This document shows positions 38,555-48,268 of a stretch of DNA of 64,000 bases, piece by piece. The DNA lies in the NCBI GenBank assembly GCA_964270895.1, contig OZ185437.1. One strand, 5' to 3'. A model generated the notes under the pieces. The model was not told where the DNA came from. It did no database searches and worked only from the letters and a program-made list of their open reading frames with translations. Origin of the DNA: Podarcis filfolensis (lineage: Eukaryota). A program made the position numbers and the translations under genes. How positions within the stretch are numbered: position 1 is the first letter of the stretch; the number at the start of each line of letters is the position of its first letter.

Positions 38555-40800
38555 ACTCTTTAAAAAAAAGAGGATCACAAATATTTGAGCATAAACAGAT
38601 CAGATATGAATTTAAATTATTTTATAATTATTACATAAAAAAAACTTGAATCTAGACTCCGTCCAACAATATATGTATAGAAATTAATATGACTGAGAAG
38701 AGAAAGGGAAAAAAGAGACAAGAAAAAAACAATCTCTAGTGACTGGAGGATATAATTAAAGTAATTAAGAAACTCACATAGCACTAGGCATAGATGGTCT
38801 AACAGGATATTTTTATTTTAAAAATATTAAAAATTATCTGAGGCATGCAAAGTTTATTTAATAGCTTATTGCTTGGCAAGACAGTGCTTAAGTCCTGGAA
38901 AGATTCTAGAATTGTTGTGAGATTGAAACCAGGTAAAAATCCAGAGAATTCAGAATCATATAGGCTTATCTCATTAATAGGACAAGATGCGAAAAATTTC
39001 ACTGACATATTGGTGGAAAGAATAGCAAATATATTACCAAACGTGATTCATGCTGATCAGAACTTGTTACGCATGGACATTTTATGAGCCCTATACACAA
39101 AATGCTGAATGCAGTGCACTGTGGAAAAGCCTCAGGAGAACCCTGTGTCATAGCTTCCCTAGACACCCACAAGGCTTCTGATGAAAGTCATTGGAAATAT
39201 TCATTCCAATTATTATCCAAAATGAACTTTGGGAACTACTAACACTAAAAATAAATAAAATAAAATAAATGTATTGCAATAGCAGAGTAGTAGGTGAATG
39301 GACAAGACTAAAATACAAAGTGGCATCAAACAAGGATGCCCCATGCGTGTTTAGACCCAGAAACCTCCCCCCAAAATAAATTCACACTTGACTCAAAATT
39401 TTGGTTTGGTTTTTGGCAGAATTCAAGCCACAACTTTATTGATTACAGAAAGTGACTGGTTGCATAGGCTCTGGTTCGACTAGCTCCCTACCATGCAGGT
39501 AGTGCTGACCCAGTTGTTCCAGCAAAGGTCAGCCAAGGGTGAACACCTTGATAAGCGGAAAGCTGGGAATGGGCTATCTCCACCACCCAAATGTCCCCCT
39601 GGACTCAGGCACGGGCACAACCCCCTCACAGGGGTTGATCAAACCATCGAGTCCCTGGATTCCTTTAACGGAGTACCATTCACACAGGGAAGCCGAGAGC
39701 GTTCTCCCAACCCTATCACCTGAACCAGAGCCTATCCACAACCTTACAAGTTGTGACAGTTTGCTACACAGCAGGCGAAACCCAAATGGCAACAGCCAAT
39801 CAGCCAAGTGGGGAAAATTCTTGCTGTGCCCCTGTCCCAATGACAGACGACACACAACGGCATAGCAAGGTCAAGCGAAAAGCCCTAAAAGTAGGGAGAG
39901 GTGGGCCGGTGTTCCAAATGCACACGCCGAGAAAGGAAGCTCTGGGTCACGTGCATGGGCATAAATAGGTCATTCAAACCATTTGGACTGCATCCCATTG
40001 GCCAGATTGTACCCAGCTTTGAGGGACCTACCAATCGGGTGTTGTGGCTGACCAATTGTACCTATGCACAACACAGGGTGTCAATTTTCCAGGTCTCATC
40101 GCAATACGTGCCCTATTTAAGAGAGGATCCAATTTATCACCTCTATTATTTTTACTGACAACAGATCCATTCTCTAGTGCTATCCAAAACAACCAGAAAA
40201 TAAAAGGAATATTAATACATCTTAACTCTTTTAAGTTAATACTTAGATGACATTTAACACCTGTAAGGGTCAGCTGTATAGACAAAACATCCTCCTGAGC
40301 ATGCAAGTTAACTGGTACGATTTTCCATATGTAGTGGACGTGAGCACAACCATTTTGGGAATAAGCCAGAACATGAACCAGAACATACAATGTAATCCAT
40401 GTCTAGGTTTATTCAATCTTGAAAGATACGCAGACTATTACACAAGGAACTTACCACTTTTCTTCTGCTAGTGGCATGATTACTTATAGCAAGAACTTGA
40501 TCACCTACACGTCACACAATGGAAACAGAACATAAGGACAATGGCTTTATCTGACAAACTAACTAAGAGAGTATCCTATATGGACAATTTAGCTTAAATA
40601 TGGCACCTCTTTATAAAATGGTCAAATGAACATCCTGACGACTGGCACCCACCTAATATGCACATAGACTTATGGGAAATTTTGATGCATTAGTCTTCTG
40701 TTCTGCAGGAAGAGGTGAGAAGGGGGGAAGCCAATTGTTTTGATAATGTTTGTGTTCCATGTTCATAGTCCTAACAAAAATCAATAAAATATTTGAAAAT
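38555..40800 (+). mobile_element. Decayed L1-clade LINE (RT region to 3' end), interrupted by an insertion
   Basis: Remnants read SWKDSRIVVRLKPGKNPENSESYRLISLIGQDAKNFTDILVERIANILPNVIHADQ, GIKQGCP and LSPLLFLLTTDPF. The element ends with AATAAAA and an A-rich stretch near 40790. Confidence 0.82.
39344..40130 (-). mobile_element. LTR-like insertion (about 0.78 kb) inside the L1 RT
   Basis: Sequence of higher GC content splits QGCP from LSPLLF. It has TGCG...AGACC / GGTCT...CGCA quasi-inverted ends, a minus-strand AATAAA near 39435 and several CCAAT boxes. The TSD is unresolved. Confidence 0.55.
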
Positions 40801-41195
40801 GAAGAAAAATGAGGAAATGGTTCTATTCCATCATTTTACAATAACGATAAAGAAGCAAAGAAATCATATTGATAACCTATTAAGGGTAAACCTGCTTCTG
40901 AAAGTAAAGCAATTTGAGACATTTGTTTGTCAGTAAATGTAATGATCTGGCAATGTCCTTGGTCTAAGACATAATTTTTATTTCCTATAAATCATGTCCT
41001 TACCAGGACCAAGAATGTGCCATAACTTGATTAAACTGATGCTGTTGAATTGGTTGGCGAATTTCTCCAAAGTGATGTCACAATAAATCCGTATCAATCA
41101 TTGGAGTGCAATGATTTAGCAATCACTCTGTGATGGAGAAATATGATGCCACTTAAAGATCAGTGGCGAGAATTACTTGCTCAATAAATTATTAT

Positions 41196-41560
41196 AATAA
41201 TTATTTATATAGCACCTACTTCTATATAAACAGAAGTAAACACAAAGGAACCTTGCCAGAAGGCTCACAGAGTAAAAGATACAGAAACAGAAATTGAATT
41301 CAGCAGAAAGATCAACAGTAAAAAAATAAATTTTTAAAAAAGGTTGTCAGAGAAAGGCAGAGTAAAGGAAGAGGTCTTCAAAAGTTATTTAAATAAAAGC
41401 AAAGAAGGAGCAAAACAAATATCTGTAGGAACAAAACTCTAAACATAAAGGACAAAATAATAGCTAACAGAAGAACCAGTATAAGAGATAAGAGGATTGA
41501 GTTGTGGTTTAACAAAGAGAGAACAAAGAGAATGAGGAGGAATGCACAACTGAAAACAAG
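41196..41560 (-). mobile_element. Old L2-type 3' end remnant
   Basis: TTTATATAGCACC resembles an L2 tail motif on the plus strand, followed by purine-rich decayed sequence. Confidence 0.35.
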
Positions 41561-41785
41561 ATGAAAGATGTCTGTGAGCAAGGAAATTATTGCCTCCCCT
41601 GCTCATTCACTGCCCAGTGGTAAAGCTAGGACTGGATTTTGGGGCTGTAGTCCAGAGCCCTGCAGACTGAGGGGTGGGGGGTGGAATGTGTACACAGAGA
41701 GCGGCAGATGGTGCGCCGAGTGGTATATAGGCCCAATGTCAGCACCTGGGGCATGCCAGAACCTGCATGAGCTGATGCTTGTCAC

Positions 41786-42418
41786 TAATAATAATAATAA
41801 AATTTTATTTGTATTCCACCCTCCCTGGGCCCAGAGTGGCTAACAACAAGAAAAAATAGCACAGTGTACATAAAATCACACAGTCAATTAATTAAAATAC
41901 ATTCTAAAATCAGTTCAGAATCAAATTAATGGCAGCCATTGGGTTAGAGTTCTATGAGGATTACAGAAGGAGAGAAGGGGTCAGATTGTGCCTTGGCCAA
42001 AGGCCTGGTGGAACAGCTTCATCTTAGTTTCCGAGCACAATTCAAAGTGTTGGTGCTGACCTTTAAAGCCCTAAACGGCCTCGGTCCAGTATACTTGAAG
42101 GAGCGTCTCCACCCCCATCATTCTGCCCGGACGCTGAGGTCCAGTGCCGAGGGCCTTCTGGCGGTTCCCTCCTTGCGAGAAGCAAAGCTACAGGGAACCA
42201 GGCAGAGGGCCTTCTCGGTAGTGGCGCCCGCCCTGTGGAACGCCCTTCCAGCAGATGTCAAAGCGATAAACAACTACCTGACATTCAGAAGACATCTTAA
42301 GGCAGCCCTGTTCAGGGAAGTTTTTAACGTGTGATATTTTACTGTATTTTTGGTTTTTATGGAAGCCGCCCAGAGTGGCTGGGGAGGCCCAGCCAGATGG
42401 GCGGGGTATAAATAATAA

Positions 42419-42471
<53 letters not shown>

Positions 42472-42963
42472 ATCTTGCAGGCCCTGCAGAAAGATGTCAA
42501 GTCCCGCAGGGCCCTAGTCTCTTGTGACAGAGTGTTCCACCAGATTGGGGCCACGGCCGAAAAAGCCCTGGCTCTGGTCAACGCCAGCCTAACCTCCCTG
42601 TGGCCCAGGATCTCCAAGATGCTTTTATTTGAAGACTGTAACATCCTCCGTGGGCCATACCAGGAGAGGCAGTCCCATAGGTACGAGGGTGCTAGGCTGT
42701 ATAGGGCTTTAAAGGTTAAAACCAGCACCTTAAACCTGATCCTGTACTCCACCGGGAGCCAGTGCAGCTGGTATAGCACCAGGTGAATGTGATCCTGTGG
42801 CGAGGACCCCGTAAGGAGTCTCGCCACAGCATTCTGCACCCCCTGGAGTTTCTGGGTCAGTCTCAAGGGCAGCCCCACGTAGAGCGAGTTACAAGAATCA
42901 AGCCTGGAGGTGACCGTCACGTGGATCACAGTGGCTAGGTCTGGGCGAGAGAGGTAAGGAGCC
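41786..42963 (-). mobile_element. L2-type LINE fragment (second subfamily), interrupted at 42026..42470
   Basis: The minus translation reads VTSRLDSCNSLYVGLPLRLTQKLQGVQNAVARLLTG...HWLPVEYRIRFKVLVLTFKAL. Its 3'UTR and (TAT)n tail lie at 41786-42025. Confidence 0.85.
42026..42470 (+). mobile_element. Young 5'-truncated L2-type LINE with (TAT)n tail
   Basis: It is nearly identical to the reverse complement of 48229..48659. A probable 5-bp TSD ATCTT lies at 42021..42025 and 42472..42476. Confidence 0.92.
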
Positions 42964-43626
42964 TCTGTGAGGCATTTAATCTCCTAGTGTTAATCTCATT
43001 CTATGAGCTACTGGTGCAAGGCATGGGTCAACTCATAGGAGGATTCCTCTAGCAATACAGTAAGTCTCAGATGCTTCTTAAGGCAATACAAGACCAGGGC
43101 AAAATCCGCTGTTCCTTGAGCACTTCTTTCATCCTGCTTGCCTGTGTTTGTGTCTGAAAGGCCAAGGAAAAGCATGGGTACATGGAGGAGATAAGTCATA
43201 AGCAAGCACAGTTTGTGACTTTTCACACCACAGTACAGTGCAATTTGTGATCATGGGGCACATTCGTTAAGGCATTAGCCTTGGTTTCCAGGTTCATGGC
43301 TTTGTGGAACCTGAGCCAACATGAGGTAGCCTTAACTCTGATCTTCAACCAAGAAGGTATTTTTTTTTAATCAATAGCATTTGAGGGATTGTATACAAGC
43401 ATACAGATAAAACCATAGGCTTCTGGCATTAAAATGTGAAATTTACAACCAAATAGAGGAAGGATATGGAGATATAAGCTGATAAGCTGCAGGTTGCTTA
43501 TAGATAACAATGAAAACACAACAAGAAATATATTTAAATATGAACAAATGATGAGAGAGTCAAAGGAACAAAAGAAACCAAGAAATAAGAATAAACAGGA
43601 TCCAAGAGGCAGATTATGGCTAATTT

Positions 43627-43804
43627 CTACCTCTACTGTTGGAAGCAATTTGCCTCTGAATACCAGTTGCTGGGAATCACAAATGAGAAGAGCCATGTTG
43701 TGCTCGGGTCCTGTTTGGTAGCTTTCCATAGACACTTGGTTGACCATTTTGAGAAAAGGATGCTGAGTTGGCCTGATCCCGCAGCTCTTAAGCACTTATG
43801 TTCT
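43627..43804 (+). mobile_element. CR1-type LINE/SINE 3'-end fragment
   Basis: It ends GGCCTGATCC...CTTATGTTCTT and is the inverse of the 12879 and 14060 fragments. Confidence 0.55.
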
Positions 43805-43870
43805 TTAGCATTATTTATTTATTTATTTAGAACATTTGTACGCTGGTCTTCAGCCAAAAAGGCTCCCAGG

Positions 43871-43914
43871 CTGTTTGTTTGTTTGTTTGTTTGTTTGTTT
43901 GTTTGTTTGTTTGT
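43871..43914 (+). repeat. (TTTG)n microsatellite
   Basis: Read directly from the sequence. Confidence 0.95.
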
Positions 43915-44458
43915 TTTAAATGTCACACAAGAGGAAAGGGAAGGGGAGGTAAGAGGGGAAAAGTAAACTCAGACAGCAATTCTTAAATTGCATTTCTCAT
44001 AATGACCAGCTGGTCCAGAAGCAGCTCAGAGGTAAGCAGGTACCTGACAGAGCTGGTTTTTCCTCAAAGCTGGCGGGATAAGCCCTGGTTCTCATCTCTC
44101 CCACTGAGGCAGCCTGATGAAATGGCTGCTGCCAGGAGAGGAGGCACAATTTGGAAGAGTAATGAAATGAGAGAAACATCCAAAGGGGAGATATCTCCCT
44201 TTAGGAGATAGTGACAAGCGGAGGAAGGATAGGAGAGAATGAAAAAGAATCCAGACTGATAGCAAAATAAACAAAGGTTTAGAATGAATAGCAGGCTTCC
44301 AGAAAGCCCAATGAGTAAGATGGCAGATGACCTCAGATGCCCTGTGCACAAGGCCCTATTCCTCTTTGCATTTGGTGGAATGGTGTGAATTTTCCTCTGT
44401 ACCATTTTTCCAAAATAGTGTAGCTCTCATCCTGCTCTGGTGAGATGCCGACTGAGTA

Positions 44459-44707
44459 CAGTGGATGCTCGGGTAGCGAACGTGATGCACATTCGCAACC
44501 TGCAGCATTTGCAACCCGTTTCTGCACGTCTGCGCACGCACGGGTTGAGATTCAGTGCTTCTGTGCATGCGCAAAGTGAGATCTAGTGCTTCTGCGCGTG
44601 CGCGACCACCGAAACCTGGGAGTAACCTGTTCCAGTGCTTCTGGGTTTCAGCGGTCCACAACCCAAAAATACGCAACCTGAAGCATCTGTAACCCGAGGT
44701 ATGACTG
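44459..44707 (-). mobile_element. Tc1/mariner (pogo/Tigger-like) MITE, 249 bp, with a different interior from the 53561 copy
   Basis: It reads TA|CAGTGGATGCTCGGGT ... GTAACCCGAGGTATGACTG|TA. The right end is the reverse complement of the left end of the 53561 element. Confidence 0.8.
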
Positions 44708-45106
44708 TACTGGTTACAGAATATATCTCCAAGTGCACAGACTGCATGTAAGGCACAACAAGAAACACACCTTTGCTATTCTAAACCATTGTTACAAAAT
44801 GGAGGTTAAACCCACTTCCCCAAATGGTAGGAAAGGCAGCCTGGGATCAGGATTTGGATCAGGACTGCCGCACTGGGGGAGGTGAATTTAACCCTTCCCA
44901 TCTAGACTGCATTTCCTTTACTGAAATCCTCCTGCACAGTTGCTAAGATATGGGGAAGGGGTACAACGTATTTGTCTTTCACTCCATCCATGGCTAATAA
45001 CATCTTGGGGTGGGGCACTTTAAATTAGGCAGTGTTGCTGCCTTCTCTCTCCCAGCCTGCACCCCATTTTGGCTGTAGAATTTTATTAGTTATGGCTGTT
45101 TTGACC

Positions 45107-45154
<48 letters not shown>
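45107..45154 (+). repeat. (AAT)n microsatellite
   Basis: Read directly from the sequence. Confidence 0.97.
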
Positions 45155-46322
45155 GAAAAACCTCTTGATCTACCTGTGTGAAATTTGGCAGGGTTAATCC
45201 CCTCTTGGGGTGCTATTGTGTCTGCAGGTTACATGCACTTACGTGTGTGGGGGAAACCCAAAACGTTGTGGCCATTTTGGTTTCTCAATGAAAACCAATG
45301 GGAGGACTTCAGCTGCAGTTCGGATTTGGTGTCTAGGGCAACACTGCCTCCCCCCAACCAAAAAAGAAAACCAACAACATGCCAAACAGTCCCCAAAGCA
45401 CAATGGCGAGGTGGGGTGCTTGCACAGCACTAGTTCAATCAACCTGTTGCAGAGGTTTGACTTGATTCACATTTAACTGGTTTTAATATTATTAATAACA
45501 ACAACAATAATAAATAATAGTAAGTAGAATCTCCACCATGTCCCTGCCAGTCCAGCTATGCAAGAGGGGATCTCCTGGGTTAACTGAACAATCCAAGCTG
45601 TTCAAACATCCATTCACTGCCTTGAACCAAAAACAATTTTCAGAGCTGTGTCAATCACATAGTTAAATATTTTCCATAAACCTAGACAAGACCTAAACAA
45701 GTGTGGCACTTTCTGCCCATGCTCAAATGCAAACTTACTGCTCTTTTTTCTGTCCCTTCTGGTTGCTCATGACTCATGAGTGTTGTCTTCCAAAGGCAGA
45801 GGAGAGGGATTTCCAGCCATCAAGGTACATTAATATTTCGATAAGAATATGACTAGGCTTAAAATATTAGTAATATTCTCTGATGGCTGGAAACTATTTG
45901 TCTAGAGATAGGCCCATTCACAGTAATGAAGATAAGACAAACTCAACACACAAACACACACACAGCCCTGTTAACTGATTGTAATGCTTCATTATGTCAG
46001 GGAAGGGGGCATAAATGTATTTCATATTTGTAATTATGCTGTACAGTATCATTAATCTTTGGTGTGATTCTGTACTTGTCTAGCAAGGGAACACATAGTC
46101 CCATCCATCTAAAAAGACCCATTTGTGTGCAAAAATTCTGCCTTTGGAACCATTAGAAGTCATTAAATAGCAATTGGTCGGAGGGAAAAGGCATATAAGA
46201 GCCAAAACGTGCTGAGTTTAATGAATACCACAGTCAACACTCCCCCACACCTGCTTATATGTGACTGTACGCTTTGCCTATATCCTAGTTAAAGATTCTA
46301 CTGCGATTGCAAGGGTACTTAC

Positions 46323-46348
46323 AGAAAACTGAATGCAGCACCCAGAAG
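46323..46348 (-). CDS. Candidate 26-nt microexon (CTTCTGGGTGCTGCATTCAGTTTTCT)
   Basis: The acceptor CCGCTTTGCTCTCTCATATCAG and donor GTAAGT are both strong, and the flanks retain several CpGs. Confidence 0.2.
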
Positions 46349-46862
46349 CTGATATGAGAGAGCAAAGCGGAAGTGAATTGTAATCAAGCTTGCATTATAT
46401 ATGGTTTTGATCCCTTTCAGCTGGAATTCCTTTTCTTTTTCCCAATCTCTGCAAGTTCGGACATTTTAGATTTGACTCAATCAGTCTTAAGGGCTGAACA
46501 TTTCAAAGCAGATTTGAAATGAGAGCCAATCTACATGTTACATACAAATTCACATATTTTTAAATCTGGAGCTTTATGAATTTGGAGCGCAGACAAGTTG
46601 AAAGCAGTGCTTAGCCCAAGGCTTTCCCCATACAATTCTACCACCACCATCCCTGTCCACTTATCCTCTTCTGTCAGTTGCTATGTGTGTGTTTGTTAAT
46701 AAAAGCCTGGAACCTAATTGGCGGGGGAATAGCTTGGGGACAGGAGCAACAAAAGCAAAGGGTTAAGCACAATATCTCCACTTAACATTTCTAAACTCCA
46801 GATGTGTCTGGAGTATTTATTTCCTACCTGAAAAAGTCGAAGCATAAAATAATATGTGGGTA

Positions 46863-47196
46863 CCGCATTTTTCGCCCTATAGGACGCACCGTCCCATAAG
46901 GCGCACCTAGTTTTTTTGGGGGGGAATTATTTCCCCCCCCCCAGGCACGGGGCTGGGGCGGGGGAAGCCCGAGCTTCCCCCGACCTCAGCCCCCAGAACA
47001 GGCAACTCTCCGCAAGCCGTGGGAGCCCAGCGCCGGGCTCCCGCGCTTTGCGGAGAGCTGCGCGAGGTCTGGGCACGCTGACCCCACTCGCTCTCCAGGC
47101 TTCAGCGAAAGCCTGCATTCGCCCCATAGGACGCACGCACATTTCCCCTTCATTTTTGGAGGGGGAAAAGTGTGTCTTATAGGGAGAAAAATACGG
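46863..47196. mobile_element. Tc2/pogo-like MITE, 334 bp, GC/CpG-rich interior
   Basis: 27-bp TIRs read CCGCATTTTTCGCCCTATAGGACGCAC / GTGTGTCTTATAGGGAGAAAAATACGG. TA dinucleotides flank both sides. Confidence 0.88.
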
Positions 47197-47232
47197 TATA
47201 TCGGATTCATATATGTGGGTTAAATATGTGGG

Positions 47233-47244
<12 letters not shown>

Positions 47245-47277
<33 letters not shown>
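47245..47277 (+). repeat. (TA)n microsatellite
   Basis: Read directly from the sequence. Confidence 0.95.
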
Positions 47278-47278
<1 letters not shown>

Positions 47279-47293
47279 GAGGGGGTTAAATAT

Positions 47294-47727
47294 GTGGGTT
47301 AAACCACAGAGCCTAGGACTTGCTGATCAGAAGTTCAAATCCCCATGACGGGGTGAGCTCCCGTTGCTCGGTCCCTGCTCCTGCCAACCTAGCAGTTTGA
47401 AAGCATGTCAAAGTGCAAGTAGATAAATAGGTACCGCTCTGGCGGGAAGGTAAACGGCATTTCCATGTGATCTCCCGTTGCTCGGTCCATGCTCCTGCCA
47501 ACCTAGCAGTTCGAAAGCATGTCAAAGTGCAAGTAGATAAATAGGTACCGCTCTGGCGGGGAGGTAAACGGTGTTTCCATGCGCTGCTCTGGTTTGCCAG
47601 AAGCGGCTTAGTCATGCTGGCCACATGTACGCCGGCTCCCTCGGCCAATAAAGCGAGATGAGCGCCGCAACCCCAGAGTCGGTCACGACTGGACCTAATG
47701 GTCAGGGGTCCCTTTACCCTTTACCTT
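47294..47727 (+). mobile_element. Sauria SINE with a 114-bp internal tandem duplication
   Basis: The head is GTGGGTTAAACCACAGAGCCTAGG and the tail is CCCTTTACCCTTTACCTT. Repeat units start at 47358 and 47472. Confidence 0.92.
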
Positions 47728-47792
47728 ATATTGGACTCAGGTAGCGGTTGGACCTCAGGAAGTCATACATGGCAGGGAAAACTGTGCTTTAA

Positions 47793-47793
<1 letters not shown>

Positions 47794-47828
<35 letters not shown>
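47794..47828 (+). repeat. (ATTG)n microsatellite
   Basis: Read directly from the sequence. Confidence 0.95.
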
Positions 47829-48227
47829 AATATTTAGATCTCAACACAGAACTGTCTGATATGCAACAGGAGGAAGTCCAAAAGAACTCCATAGCACTAC
47901 AACATTGGATACTGGTGCTAGAGTCTAAATCTCATTTTTATGTATGTTTTGTCTTCAACTAATAGGATTGAAATAGATATAAAATTAAAGACTTTTATAA
48001 TACACACACCTTATGTCTATGTTTTAATACACAAATGGACAAACCTGCTTGAGGAAAATATATATTTCTCTCCAGCTAACGGATGACAAATGTTAAGGTT
48101 TCTGCTATATATGTGTGCATACATGTACTATTCTGAAAAGAAGTAATTCCTTTCTAACTTTAATGTGATATATTCATTCCAGAATAGTATCTGTATTGCT
48201 CTGCTGAATAACAACAAAAAAATCCCT

Positions 48228-48228
<1 letters not shown>

Positions 48229-48268
<40 letters not shown>

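Noticed and set aside
43005-43052. ELLVQGMGQLIGGFL, resembling an SLC26/SulP motif
   Set aside because: A stop follows directly, there is no good acceptor, and no other matching exons were found.
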